Shown in pieces: positions 44,166 through 54,839 of a stretch of 64,000 nt of DNA. Source of the DNA: Patescibacteria group bacterium (lineage in GTDB: Bacteria > Patescibacteriota > Patescibacteriia > UBA1558 > GWA2-36-10). The notes below the pieces were generated by a model. The model saw nothing but the letters and a program-made list of their open reading frames with translations. It had not been told where the DNA came from and ran no database searches. The stretch lies in NCBI GenBank assembly GCA_041650755.1, contig JBAZKN010000002.1, positions 5,030 through 69,029 of the forward strand. The letters run 5' to 3'. The position numbers were made by a program, and so were the translations under genes. Position 1 is the stretch's first letter. Every line of letters starts with the position of its first letter.

Positions 44166-45935
44166 ATGTCTAAAAAACGTAAATTATGGGGAGCGATTAT
44201 TTTAGCCTTTGTGCTGGTAGTCGGGTATTTTGTTTGGCAAAATATGGCCAACAAAAAAGTAGAAACCAAGTATGTTTTAGCCAAAGTAGAAAAAGGAGAC
44301 CTGATCAAAAATATTTCCGGCAGCGGTCAGGTGTCAGTATCCAATCAAGTAGATGTTAAGCCGAAAGTCTCCGGCGATGTCATCAGTGTTGCAGTCAGCG
44401 TTGGCCAATCAGTTAAGGCTGGAGATATTATAGCACAGATCAATGCTAGAGACGCTTACAAAGCAGTCAGAGATGCCCAGGCTAATTTAGCCAGCGCTAA
44501 ATTGTCTTTAACAAAACTTCAACAGCCAGCTGATGATCTAAGTATCTTGCAAGCAGAAAATTCTTTGGCTCAAGCCCAAGAATCAAAACAAAGCAGCCAA
44601 GAAGACCTGCAAAAAGCCTATGACGATGGTTTTAATGACGTGGCTAATGCTTTTTTGGATTTGCCGAACATAATTTCAGGAATTTATACTATGCTTTATG
44701 GTAGTGCTATCAATATTAGTCAGAGCAATATGGATTATTATACTGACAGCGCTAGTCAGTATGACTTGAAAGCCCTGAGTTATCGCGACGATGTTACGGC
44801 TGCCTATAATACAGCCCGCAGTTCTTATGATAAAAATTTTAGTGATTATAAGGTAACGGACAGATTTTCTAACATCAGCACCATTGAAGCATTGATTAAC
44901 GAAACTTATGGTGCCAGTAAAAACATTGCCCAATTAGTCAAAAGCGCTAACAATTTAATTCAGTTTTATGAAGACCAACTATCCAAACATGATTTGAAAC
45001 CGCTGGCAACTGCCGATACTTACCTGAGCAGTCTAAATACTTATACCGGAAAGATTAATAATCATATTGCTAGCTTGCTATCTATCAAACAGACAATTCA
45101 AAAAAACGAACAGGCGATTATTGACGCTGATCGTACTATTGCAGAAAAGACAGCCAGTTTGAGCGATCTAAAGGCTGGTACAGACCTCCTAGATTTACAA
45201 GCGCAGCAATTGGTGGTGCAGCAACGGCAGAATGCCCTGCTTGATGCTCAACAAGAACTAGCCGACTATGTGATCAAGGCGCCATTTGATGGCGTGATTG
45301 CTGCTTTGGATGTCAAAAAAGGAGATATAGTTTCATCAGCTACGGCTATAGCCACTTTGATTACTAAGCAACAGATGGCGGAGATTTCCCTAAATGAAGT
45401 AGACGCAGCTACAGTAAGGCCGGGGCAAAAGGCTGTTCTAACTTTTGATGCTGTTTCCGATCTGACTATTTCGGGGGAAGTGGGAGAAGTTGATACTCTA
45501 GGAACCGTCAGTCAGGGAGTAGTGACTTATGGCGTCAAGATTGTTTTTGATATTCAAGATGAAAGAGTGAGGCCTGGTATGAGCGCTAGTGTTTCCATTA
45601 TCACTGATCTCAAGCAGGGGGTTTTATTGCTTGCCACTGCGGCCGTCAAATCAAGTGGGGAAAATTATTATGTTGAAGTGCCAAACGAAGAGCTGGATAG
45701 CGCTGCGGCCACAGCTAGTACTGGCGTGGTTTTGCAGAATCAACTAAAACAGCAAGCGGTGCAGATAGGCATAGCCAACGATTCTTTGACAGAAATAAGT
45801 AGCGGTTTATCTGAAGGTGATCTGGTAATTTTGCGATCCATAAGTTCCGGCAGCTCCACCAATAATACAAATTCTTCTTCCCAGGGGAAGAGCATTTTCC
45901 AAATGACTGGTGGTGGACCGCAAGGCAGACCATAA
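44166..45935 (+). CDS. MacA-like periplasmic adaptor (long coiled coil)
   Basis: GSGQV, VG..VK.GD, I.APFDG, RPGMSA. Confidence 0.85.
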   Translation: MSKKRKLWGAIILAFVLVVGYFVWQNMANKKVETKYVLAKVEKGDLIKNISGSGQVSVSNQVDVKPKVSGDVISVAVSVGQSVKAGDIIAQINARDAYKAVRDAQANLASAKLSLTKLQQPADDLSILQAENSLAQAQESKQSSQEDLQKAYDDGFNDVANAFLDLPNIISGIYTMLYGSAINISQSNMDYYTDSASQYDLKALSYRDDVTAAYNTARSSYDKNFSDYKVTDRFSNISTIEALINETYGASKNIAQLVKSANNLIQFYEDQLSKHDLKPLATADTYLSSLNTYTGKINNHIASLLSIKQTIQKNEQAIIDADRTIAEKTASLSDLKAGTDLLDLQAQQLVVQQRQNALLDAQQELADYVIKAPFDGVIAALDVKKGDIVSSATAIATLITKQQMAEISLNEVDAATVRPGQKAVLTFDAVSDLTISGEVGEVDTLGTVSQGVVTYGVKIVFDIQDERVRPGMSASVSIITDLKQGVLLLATAAVKSSGENYYVEVPNEELDSAAATASTGVVLQNQLKQQAVQIGIANDSLTEISSGLSEGDLVILRSISSGSSTNNTNSSSQGKSIFQMTGGGPQGRP

Positions 45936-45945
45936 TTTAGCATCC

Positions 45946-46629
45946 ATGGTAGAATGTAAGGACATCATTAAGGTTTACCAGAGCGGTGAAGCCGAGGCAA
46001 AAGTCTTGAAAGGCATATCTTTTGTGATTGAAGACGGAGAATTTGTGGCTATCATGGGCCCATCCGGCTCAGGTAAATCCACCCTGATGCATATTATTGG
46101 CGCTTTGGATACGCCTACCAGTGGCCAGTATTTTTTTGATGGCAAAGATACGTCAGAGCTAGCCGATGATGAGCTGGCTGATATTAGAAGAAAAAAAATT
46201 GGTTTTGTTTTTCAGAGCTTTAATCTTTTATCTAGGGCCACAGTTTTGAGGAATGTAGTTTTACCCTTGGTTTATACCGGTATAGACAAGAGTAAAAGAG
46301 AAAAGCTAGCCAAGGCCGCCTTGATAAACGCTGGCTTAGATGAAGCGCATTTTCACCATCTATCCAATCGGCTATCTGGTGGCCAGATGCAGCGAGTGGC
46401 GATAGCCAGGGCTTTAGTTAATGATCCTAGCTTGATTTTGGCTGATGAGCCGACAGGTAACCTAGACACCAAGACTGGCTTAATTGTTTTGGATACATTC
46501 CGTAGGCTTAATACTCAAGATCATCGCACCATTGTTTTAATTACTCACGAGCACGATGTTGCCCAGCATGCAGACAGAATTATTACCATTAGAGATGGTT
46601 TGATTGTTGGAGACACAAGGCATCGTTAA
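45946..46629 (+). CDS. ABC ATP-binding protein (MacB/LolD type)
   Basis: [27 protein letters not shown]. Confidence 0.92.
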   Translation: MVECKDIIKVYQSGEAEAKVLKGISFVIEDGEFVAIMGPSGSGKSTLMHIIGALDTPTSGQYFFDGKDTSELADDELADIRRKKIGFVFQSFNLLSRATVLRNVVLPLVYTGIDKSKREKLAKAALINAGLDEAHFHHLSNRLSGGQMQRVAIARALVNDPSLILADEPTGNLDTKTGLIVLDTFRRLNTQDHRTIVLITHEHDVAQHADRIITIRDGLIVGDTRHR

Positions 46630-46638
46630 AATAATAAT

Positions 46639-47862
46639 ATGCGAAGTTCAGATATATTCGAGGAAACATATTTGGCCCTGCTGGCCAATAAAGTCAGATC
46701 GGTCTTGACCATACTTGGTATTGTCATTGGTATTGCTTCGGTGATTGCCATGATAGCTATTGGCCAGGGATCGCAGGGGACAATTCAATCCAGCATTCAA
46801 TCTCTGGGGTCCAATTTGATTCTGGTAATGCCGGGCATGCAGAGAGGGGTGGGCACGCAAATAAGTCAGGGGCGAGGCTCAGCTCAGACGCTTACCCTGG
46901 AGGATGCTTATGCTATTAGAGATGAGGTTGATAGTGTTGAGGCAGTAGCCCCGGAATTATCTGGTCGTTATCAAGTGACTGCCAAAGGCACCAACACTAA
47001 TACTTCTATAGTCGGCACTACGTCCAGTTATCCCAGCATTAGAAATGTAGAGATTGATAGTGGTTTATTTATATCAGATCAAAATGTTGGCAGTATGTCC
47101 AAGGTGGCTGTCCTGGGGCCGACTACTAGGGATGATGTTTTTGGTGAGGGGGTAGATCCGGTGGGACAGACCATTCGTATTAATCAGATAGATTTTAAAG
47201 TGATTGGCATCACCAAGGTCAAAGGCGGTAGCGGTTTTAGTAATCAAGATGATATGATTTTTGTGCCGATTACGACAGCTCAACAATTTTTAGCGGGTAA
47301 TGATAGGGTTAGCACTATCAGCGTGCAGGCCACCGATCAATCAGTTATGATGCAGATGCAATCGGATATTACCTCCCTATTATTAAGTCGACACAATATT
47401 TCTGATTCTACTTTGGCTGATTTTAGCACCTTGAATCAGACTGATATAGTAGCCGCCGCTACTTCTGTGGCCGACACTTTTACCACATTATTGGCTTCAG
47501 TAGCCGCCATTTCACTTTTGGTGGGTGGTATAGGTATTATGAATATGATGTTGACCACTGTGACAGAGCGGACTAAAGAAATTGGTTTACGAAAAGCTAT
47601 TGGCGCCAAGCGCAGGGATATTAGTTCCCAGTTTTTAGCAGAAGCTGTGGCTCTGACTTTTATTGGCGGCTTTATTGGTATAATTTTAGGTTGGTTAGTG
47701 TCTTGGGGCGTGCATAAATTTGGTAATATTGCTACTCAAGTATCGTTATCGTCTATTATTTTGGCTTTTTGTGTTTCAGCTGGCATCGGCATTATCTTTG
47801 GCTATTATCCAGCTCGCCGGGCGGCTCGTCTCAATCCGATCGATGCTTTGCGTTTTGAATAA
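46639..47862 (+). CDS. MacB/FtsX-family ABC permease
   Basis: RS.LT.LGI.IG, VGGIGIMN.M, ERT.EIG.RKA.GA, PA.RAA.L.PI.ALR.E. Confidence 0.92.
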   Translation: MRSSDIFEETYLALLANKVRSVLTILGIVIGIASVIAMIAIGQGSQGTIQSSIQSLGSNLILVMPGMQRGVGTQISQGRGSAQTLTLEDAYAIRDEVDSVEAVAPELSGRYQVTAKGTNTNTSIVGTTSSYPSIRNVEIDSGLFISDQNVGSMSKVAVLGPTTRDDVFGEGVDPVGQTIRINQIDFKVIGITKVKGGSGFSNQDDMIFVPITTAQQFLAGNDRVSTISVQATDQSVMMQMQSDITSLLLSRHNISDSTLADFSTLNQTDIVAAATSVADTFTTLLASVAAISLLVGGIGIMNMMLTTVTERTKEIGLRKAIGAKRRDISSQFLAEAVALTFIGGFIGIILGWLVSWGVHKFGNIATQVSLSSIILAFCVSAGIGIIFGYYPARRAARLNPIDALRFE

Positions 47863-47885
47863 AAATAATTAATTATATAAAAAAC

Positions 47886-48326
47886 ATGAAGAAATTTTTA
47901 CCAATCATGATTATTCTGGCAGTCATAATAGCGGGAGGAGCTTTCTATGGCGGCATAGTTTATCAAAGGTCAAAGATGAGTCAAAAAAATATGGCCAATT
48001 TTCCTAACGCTGGGCAAATGAATGGCACCAACCGAGCGATCAATAATCGCTCTGGCATGGATTTTGTGAGTGGGGAGGTTCTAAAGCAAGATGTTGCTAG
48101 TTTGACTATTAAGTTGAAAGACGGTGGCTCTAGGATTATTTTGTATGCCAGTTCTACGCCAATCATGAAATCTACTATTGGTTCTGTTGGTGATTTGCAG
48201 ATCGGCCAAAGTGTCAGTGCCAATGGCACAACTAATTCTGACGGTAGTCTTAGTGCTCAAGCAATACAGATTAGGTCGGAGATGCCGGTTGGGGCCGAGC
48301 CTGCTCCGGGGCCAGTCGGGGGATAG
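47886..48326 (+). CDS. membrane-anchored DUF5666-like OB-fold protein
   Basis: GG.FYGG..Y, GEV, DL.IG..V..NG..N.DGS..A..IQI. Confidence 0.7.
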   Translation: MKKFLPIMIILAVIIAGGAFYGGIVYQRSKMSQKNMANFPNAGQMNGTNRAINNRSGMDFVSGEVLKQDVASLTIKLKDGGSRIILYASSTPIMKSTIGSVGDLQIGQSVSANGTTNSDGSLSAQAIQIRSEMPVGAEPAPGPVGG

Positions 48327-48471
48327 CTGTTTTTGAGAATTAGTTTTAGCTACGATTTTAAATATTCCCCAATAAAATTTTCTGGTTATTAACTGCTTTA
48401 CAGATGAGGAGTTAGAGCCAGAAAATTTTATTTTTAGCCCTCAGATAGTTTTTTTGCTATACTTAAAATAT

Positions 48472-49149
48472 ATGAAAAAATATATATCGTTGGTTTTAAT
48501 AATTTTTGTTTTAAGCGGGCTGATTTATTGCTTGCGTTTTTATACCTTGCAAAGATCGCGGGGTGTGGGCACGAATCTACCGGTAAGTAACGAGGCACAG
48601 AAAGACGTTTTATCTACTAATAGTATTGATATTGCAGATCAAGATCAGTCAGTCATAGGTGAGCCAATTAGCGATGCTTTATCCCGCATCACTAAAAAAC
48701 CGTTTGGTATAAAAATTTCGCCAAAAGACTCACCAATTCAGCCGGAAAAATTTTCCGGTTATCACACTGGCATTGATTTTGAGACGACCAGCATTGAACA
48801 AAATATAGATATACCAATTTATGCCGTTTGTTCTGGGCCACTGATCTTGCAAAAGCGGGCCGGCGGTTATGGCGGGGTGGCTGTGCAGAGTTGCACGATA
48901 GATAAACAGGCGGTAACAGTTGTTTATGGCCATTTGCGTCTTGCCAGCATCACGGCAAAAATTGGGCAGGAGCTAAATCGTGGAGAACAGATTGGTTTTT
49001 TGGGTAGCGGATTTAGCGTCGAGACTGATGGTGAGAGAAAGCATTTACATTTAAGCATACACAAAGGCACCGGCGTCAATATTTTGGGTTATGTACAGAA
49101 GCCGGAACATTTAAGCGCTTGGATAAATCCGGCAGATTTATTAAAATAA
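48472..49149 (+). CDS. M23 peptidase
   Basis: HTGID, YGHL, HLH. Confidence 0.88.
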   Translation: MKKYISLVLIIFVLSGLIYCLRFYTLQRSRGVGTNLPVSNEAQKDVLSTNSIDIADQDQSVIGEPISDALSRITKKPFGIKISPKDSPIQPEKFSGYHTGIDFETTSIEQNIDIPIYAVCSGPLILQKRAGGYGGVAVQSCTIDKQAVTVVYGHLRLASITAKIGQELNRGEQIGFLGSGFSVETDGERKHLHLSIHKGTGVNILGYVQKPEHLSAWINPADLLK

Positions 49150-49166
49150 TAATTAATTACAATATT

Positions 49167-49478
49167 ATGTCCAAAAAAATTATTAAGTATTGCCTTATTG
49201 AAGCTGGGGCAGCGATTATTTACGTGGGCTTGGTGGTCGGGCTGATGAATAATTCTGAGAAAATTTTTGATCAGCATAGCGATGTCTGGGCCGGGGTAGC
49301 CATGTTACTGTTGCTGGTTTTTTCGGTAGCGGTCATGGGCCTGACTATTTTTGGCCGCTCAATCATCTGGTATGTGGATGGCCAAAAAAAAGAAGCGCTT
49401 AGGCTGATATTTTGTAAATTAGCCTTTTTGCTGATTATAATATTATTGGTTTTTCTGGGGCTGGTGATTATCAAATGA
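49167..49478 (+). CDS. three-TM hypothetical membrane protein
   Basis: LLL.VFS.AVMG..IFG....Y..G.KKEA. Confidence 0.65.
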   Translation: MSKKIIKYCLIEAGAAIIYVGLVVGLMNNSEKIFDQHSDVWAGVAMLLLLVFSVAVMGLTIFGRSIIWYVDGQKKEALRLIFCKLAFLLIIILLVFLGLVIIK

Positions 49479-49544
49479 TCAAATTAAACCATTGCCAGCC
49501 AGCCTTATTTTGGCTATACTTTCTATATAATTTAACAAGAATTT

Positions 49545-51005
49545 ATGGCTAAAAAAGCAAAAAAAGGATCCGAACTAAGTATTACTAAGCGAACCGACGA
49601 TTATTCCCAGTGGTATCTGGACGTAGTTGCCGCGGCTGATTTAGCGGAGAATTCACCGGTCAGGGGTTGTATGGTTATTAAACCCTATGGCTATGCCTTG
49701 TGGGAGAATATTCAAATAGAGATAAACAGAAGGTTTAAAGAGCACGATATACAAAATGCTTATTTTCCGATTTTTATTCCAGAAAGTTTTATCAAAAAAG
49801 AAGCCGAACATATCGAGGGTTTTGCCCCAGAGTTAGCCGTTGTCACCCAAGCTGGTGGCAAAAAATTGGAAGAGCCACTAGTTGTCCGACCGACTTCCGA
49901 AACTATTATAAACAAGTCTTTTAGTAAATGGATAGAATCATATCGCGATTTGCCATATATAATCAATCAATGGGCTAATGTTGTCCGTTGGGAGATGCGA
50001 CCTCGATTGTTTTTGCGTAGTTCCGAGTTTTTGTGGCAAGAGGGGCATACTGCGCATGCTACTCCAGAGGAGGCGCGCGACTATGCCTTGATGATTTTAC
50101 AAAAAATATATCAGCCGTTTGTGGAAGAGTTTTTGGCTATGCCGGTTTTGGCTGGCATCAAGTCAAGATCCGAGCGTTTTGCCGGGGCTAAAGATACTTA
50201 TGGCATAGAAGCCTTAATGCAGGACGGCAAATCTTTGCAGGCCGGCACCTCGCATGATTTATCCGATCATTTTGCCAAGTCTTTTGATATAAAATATTTG
50301 GACAAGGACGGCAAATTGCAATATGTCTATCAAACTAGCTGGGGAGTGAGTACCAGACTGATTGGTGGCTTGATCATGATGCACGGTGATGACAATGGTC
50401 TGATCTTGCCGCCTAAAATAGCCCCTCATCAAGTAGTTATTATTCCCATTGCTCAAGCTGCTAGCGATCCTGTGGCCAAGCAGTCAGTCAATTTAAAGAG
50501 AAAATTAGAAAGGAAATACAGGGTGCATCTGGATAAGCGCTACAATCTTCGTCCTGGTGAAAAATACTACGAGTGGGAAAAGAAGGGCGTACCGGTCAGA
50601 GTAGAGATTGGTCCGCGCGATTTAGAATCCAAAGCGGCAATCCTGGTACGTCGTGATACCGGTGAAAAGATGACGGTAAAATTAGTTGATTTAGAAAAAA
50701 AAATTAGTCAGGCTTTGGTGGAAATACAAAAAAATCTATATCAGCAAGCCTTGAATCGTCGAGAAGACTCAACTCATAGGGTAGATACTTGGCCAGAGTT
50801 TGCCAAAGCCCTAGAGAAAGGCGGCTATGTCTTGGCTCATTGGTGCGAATCCGAGGAGTGCGAAGCTGACATCAAAGCCAAAGTAAAGGCCGTCAGTCGT
50901 TGCTTGACTTTTGATGCCAAAAAAGAAACGGGGGAGCATAAGTGCATTGCTTGCGGTAAAAAATCTCCTAGCAATAAGCGTTGGGTATTTGCTAAAGCTT
51001 ATTAA
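49545..51005 (+). CDS. proS: proline--tRNA ligase (archaeal/eukaryal type)
   Basis: VRPTSE, QWANVVRWE, EFLWQEGHT, QAGTSH, SWG.STR, C-terminal FAKAY. Confidence 0.95.
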   Translation: MAKKAKKGSELSITKRTDDYSQWYLDVVAAADLAENSPVRGCMVIKPYGYALWENIQIEINRRFKEHDIQNAYFPIFIPESFIKKEAEHIEGFAPELAVVTQAGGKKLEEPLVVRPTSETIINKSFSKWIESYRDLPYIINQWANVVRWEMRPRLFLRSSEFLWQEGHTAHATPEEARDYALMILQKIYQPFVEEFLAMPVLAGIKSRSERFAGAKDTYGIEALMQDGKSLQAGTSHDLSDHFAKSFDIKYLDKDGKLQYVYQTSWGVSTRLIGGLIMMHGDDNGLILPPKIAPHQVVIIPIAQAASDPVAKQSVNLKRKLERKYRVHLDKRYNLRPGEKYYEWEKKGVPVRVEIGPRDLESKAAILVRRDTGEKMTVKLVDLEKKISQALVEIQKNLYQQALNRREDSTHRVDTWPEFAKALEKGGYVLAHWCESEECEADIKAKVKAVSRCLTFDAKKETGEHKCIACGKKSPSNKRWVFAKAY

Positions 51006-51069
51006 ATAAAAAGGCCCTTATTATGGGGCTTTTTTATTTACACTTGACAGCATTTTATTTTTGTTATAT

Positions 51070-51093
51070 ATATTTAGACATATATCTAAATAT
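51070..51093 (+). promoter_or_regulatory. palindromic operator for the ArsR/SdpR repressor
   Basis: ATATTTAGA-catata-TCTAAATAT overlapping the promoter (TTGACA 51044). Confidence 0.7.
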
Positions 51094-51106
51094 CTAATTA
51101 ATTCCC

Positions 51107-51391
51107 ATGTCTTTAACAGAAACATTTGCCGCCCTTTCCGAGCCAAATAGGCAAAAAATCTTAGATTTATTGAAAAAAGGTGAATTGTCAGTCAATGAGA
51201 TCGCCAAGAATTTAGACATTACTTTGGCCACCCTATCTCATCACTTGGATATCCTCAAGCGAGCTGACCTGATTTCCAGTCGTCGTAAGGGGCAGCAGAT
51301 TATTTATTCTTTAAATTTTAGCATTTTAGAGGAGGTCGCCGAAAAAATCGCTAAATTTTTAGCCGTAAAAAAATATAAAAATAATAATTAA
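51107..51391 (+). CDS. sdpR: ArsR-family repressor (SdpR-like)
   Basis: F.AL..P.R..IL.LL, TLSHHL.IL, GQ.I.YSLN. Confidence 0.85.
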   Translation: MSLTETFAALSEPNRQKILDLLKKGELSVNEIAKNLDITLATLSHHLDILKRADLISSRRKGQQIIYSLNFSILEEVAEKIAKFLAVKKYKNNN

Positions 51392-51399
51392 TAATCATT

Positions 51400-52065
51400 A
51401 TGAAATCACCAATTAAGTTAACTTGGAAAAGCGAAATTTGGGCGATACTTTTGGTCATCGCCGTTATCGTATTAAGCTTTTATTTTTATGCTCATTTTCC
51501 CGAGCGGGCAGTCACCCATTGGGATTTTAGAGGCGTGCCCAATGGCTGGTCAGGTCGAGCGGGGGCGGCCTTTGGTGTAATGGCTATCATACCTGGTCTA
51601 TATCTGATGTTTTTATTGCTACCACTTGTCGATCCTAAAAAAGAGCGCTATGCCGAATTTGCCAAAGTCTTTCAGGCCTTTAAAAATATTTTGTTAACCT
51701 TATTTTTCATTATTTATATCGTAGCCGGTCTATATAATATGGGCATACCAGTCAGAGTGGAATTTTGGATACCATGGTTGATAGGTCTGTTGATGATTTT
51801 TATCGGTAACTACCTGGGTAAGATCAAGCGCAATTGGTTTATGGGCATTCGTACCCCTTGGACTTTGTCTTCGGAAAATGTTTGGAACAAGACGCATCGA
51901 GTTGGCGGTTGGGCGTTCATTTTATTTGGTGTTTGCATTATTATTTCGCCAAACTTATCACCGTTTTGGGGCGCTGTCATATTTTTTGCAGGCGTTTTGT
52001 TGGCGGTTGTTGGCACCATACTTTATTCTTATATTATTTTTCGTCAGGAGCAAAAGAATAAATAA
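51400..52065 (+). CDS. sdpI: SdpI-family immunity protein (DUF1648)
   Basis: THW...G.PNG, DP, GNY.GK...NWF.GIRTPWTL....W.KTHR. Confidence 0.88.
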   Translation: MKSPIKLTWKSEIWAILLVIAVIVLSFYFYAHFPERAVTHWDFRGVPNGWSGRAGAAFGVMAIIPGLYLMFLLLPLVDPKKERYAEFAKVFQAFKNILLTLFFIIYIVAGLYNMGIPVRVEFWIPWLIGLLMIFIGNYLGKIKRNWFMGIRTPWTLSSENVWNKTHRVGGWAFILFGVCIIISPNLSPFWGAVIFFAGVLLAVVGTILYSYIIFRQEQKNK

Positions 52066-52111
52066 CTTTTTATAAAAAATAGATCAGCCTCGGGAAATCC
52101 CGGGGCTGATT

Positions 52112-54718
52112 TTAATTTATATGCATTTTTTTGAGCAGCCAATTTTTAGCTATCTGTGTGCTGGTGAAATATAGCAGTAAGATGATTGCTAGATATAGCC
52201 AATAGCGAGGCGGCGGCATTACTAGACCAAGATAGTTGGCTAGAGGCGAAAAAGGCAGATAGATGCCTATCGCAGATATAGCTAAAGTGGTGATAATCAA
52301 TGGCCAGCTGGCGCGGCTTTGAATAAAAGGCAGGCGGCGGGTGCGAATAACGTGAATGATTAGAGTTTGGCTCAAGAGAGATTCTATGAACCAGCCAGTA
52401 TGGAAAAGGGCCGGGTTGAACCAACAGTTGAAAGCTAAAATCATAGTAAAATAGGTGATATAGTCAAAGATGGAGCTGATTGGCCCGATTGATAAAATAA
52501 ATTTTTTGATGTGCTCGGTACTTAGAGTTTCTTGCCGCTTAAGCTGTTCTTTGTCAACATTGTCGGTGGGGATAGTAGTTTGGGAAATGTCATAAAGCAA
52601 ATTGTTGAGTAAGATCTGTAGAGGCAGCATAGGCAAAAATGGCAAGAAAATACTGCTGCCGACTACGCTTAGCATATTGCCAAAATTTGAGCTGGCCGCC
52701 ATGCGTATGTATTTTATAATATTAGAAAAAATGCGGCGTCCTTCCAAGACTCCATCTTTGAGGACGAGCAAATTTTTCTCCAGCAGGATAATGTCAGATG
52801 ACTCCTTGGCAATATTGGCTCCACCATCTACTGATATACCGACATCGGCTGCCCGTAAAGCCGGGGCGTCGTTGATGCCATCGCCCAAGTAGCCGACTGT
52901 ATGTTGGTTTTGTCGTAAGGCGCGGATAACCCTTTCTTTGTGCAGAGGAGAAAGTCGAGCAAAAATATTATTTTCTTCAACTAATTTACTTAAAAGTTGA
53001 TCGCTGGCTGATTCGATTTCTTGGTCGGTCACTATGCCCTTTATTTTAAAGTCCACTTGTTGGCAGACTTGTTGGGTAATCAGGTGATTGTCGCCGGTCA
53101 ATATTTTTATATCAACGCCCAGTTCGGCCAATTCTTTTATGGTATTTTTGGTGCTGGGTTTCGGTGGGTCCAAAAAAGCTAAGTAGCCTAAAAAAGTCAA
53201 CTCTTTTTCATCGTGATGGGTGTATTTTTTTTCACGGACAGCAGTTTTTTTTATGGCCAAGCCCAAAACTCTAAAACCATCGTTGCTCAACTGTTCAAAA
53301 TCTTTTTTTAAGCGAATAAAAATTTGTTTATTGACGTGATGGCTTTGGCCAGCCAGCTCATAGGAGTCGCAGCGGGCAAAAATTTCTTCAGCTGCACCTT
53401 TGGCAATTAAATAATGGTGTTCCCGGTCTTTGACTACTATAGACATTAACTTGCGTTCAAAATCAAAAGGTATTTCAGCCACCTTTTTGTATTGAGAAAT
53501 AGGGACATCCTCATAGTGCAATATAGCCTGATCTAGTATATTTTTTAATCCAGTCTGAAAATAGCTGTTTAAATAAGCATATTTGAGAACGGTCGGGCTT
53601 TCTTGGTGATTAATATCACAATGTTTTTCCAAAATAATTCTATTGAGGGTCAGAGTGCCGGTTTTATCGGTGCACAAGATATCCATGGCCCCAAAATTTT
53701 GAATGGCGCTTAGGTGTTTGATGACCACTTTTTTCTTGGCCATGCGCAGAGCACCGTTGGATAAGTTGACAGTCACTATCATGGGCAGCATTTCTGGGGC
53801 CAGCCCCACGGCTACAGCCAGAGCAAACAAAAAGGATTGCCAAAAGTCACCCTTGGTCAAAAGATTTATCAAAAATACGGCTGGCACCATGATCAATACA
53901 AATCGCATGATCAACTTGGTGAAATTCTTTATCCATTTATCAAAGTTGGTCAGCTCTCGATCAGCTAAAATCGTCTTGACCATTGACCCAAAATAAGTTT
54001 CTTGGCCGGTGGCCACCACCACAGCCTTGCCAATGCCGCTATCTACATTGGTGCCCATAAAGCATATGTTGGAAAAATAAAGCGGGTTTTTGAGGTCTTG
54101 CTGCTCTAGGTCTTCGGTTTTTATTACCGGTAGCGATTCGCCAGTCAACATTGATTGGTCAATCAAAAGATTTTGTGATTCGATCAACCTGATGTCAGCC
54201 GGTATCATGTCGCCGGCTGTTAAAGATATGATATCGCCTGGCACTAGTCGGGGTAAGGATATTTTTTTAGTTTCACCGTCACGGATGACCGTGGCCTGGC
54301 TCTTGATGATTTTTTCTAATTTATCGGCAGCTAGTTGGGCCCTAGTTTCCTGCCAAAATTTTATTACAGCGCTTATCAGCACCATGACTAGAATCATGAC
54401 CACAGAGGCTGGGTTATTGGTCAAAAGTGATATGAAAGCTAAGGCCAGTAATAAGATAGCCAAGGGGTCCTTGAAAGCCAAAATCAACCTCAGGGTTATT
54501 GGTTTGGGTTTTTGTTGAGTGGTGATATTTAGCCCATATTTTATTAGGCGATGTTTTACCTCATTTTTATCTAGGCCGCCTAGCTTGCTGTTGAGATTAT
54601 GTAAAACCTGCTTATAATTCTGATAGGCGGCCTGTTTTAAGGATAATAAAATTTTTTCACCTGGCTGGTGGGCGGTGGTCTTATCAGAGTGTCTTAAAAC
54701 TAAGCGCAGTGAGTTCAT
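52112..54718 (-). CDS. mgtA: Mg2+-transporting P-type ATPase
   Basis: TGES, PEMLP, DKTGTLT, GDGINDAP, SSNFGN. Confidence 0.92.
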   Translation of the reverse strand: MNSLRLVLRHSDKTTAHQPGEKILLSLKQAAYQNYKQVLHNLNSKLGGLDKNEVKHRLIKYGLNITTQQKPKPITLRLILAFKDPLAILLLALAFISLLTNNPASVVMILVMVLISAVIKFWQETRAQLAADKLEKIIKSQATVIRDGETKKISLPRLVPGDIISLTAGDMIPADIRLIESQNLLIDQSMLTGESLPVIKTEDLEQQDLKNPLYFSNICFMGTNVDSGIGKAVVVATGQETYFGSMVKTILADRELTNFDKWIKNFTKLIMRFVLIMVPAVFLINLLTKGDFWQSFLFALAVAVGLAPEMLPMIVTVNLSNGALRMAKKKVVIKHLSAIQNFGAMDILCTDKTGTLTLNRIILEKHCDINHQESPTVLKYAYLNSYFQTGLKNILDQAILHYEDVPISQYKKVAEIPFDFERKLMSIVVKDREHHYLIAKGAAEEIFARCDSYELAGQSHHVNKQIFIRLKKDFEQLSNDGFRVLGLAIKKTAVREKKYTHHDEKELTFLGYLAFLDPPKPSTKNTIKELAELGVDIKILTGDNHLITQQVCQQVDFKIKGIVTDQEIESASDQLLSKLVEENNIFARLSPLHKERVIRALRQNQHTVGYLGDGINDAPALRAADVGISVDGGANIAKESSDIILLEKNLLVLKDGVLEGRRIFSNIIKYIRMAASSNFGNMLSVVGSSIFLPFLPMLPLQILLNNLLYDISQTTIPTDNVDKEQLKRQETLSTEHIKKFILSIGPISSIFDYITYFTMILAFNCWFNPALFHTGWFIESLLSQTLIIHVIRTRRLPFIQSRASWPLIITTLAISAIGIYLPFSPLANYLGLVMPPPRYWLYLAIILLLYFTSTQIAKNWLLKKMHIN

Positions 54719-54839
54719 TTTTTGTTTTTGCTTTGATTAAATATATTATAACACAAATCGCGATTTTTGGGGGATAAACTATTTTATTTTTAAATCAAAG
54801 TGGTATAATAAATTTGCCTTTAATTTTAAATTTAAATTC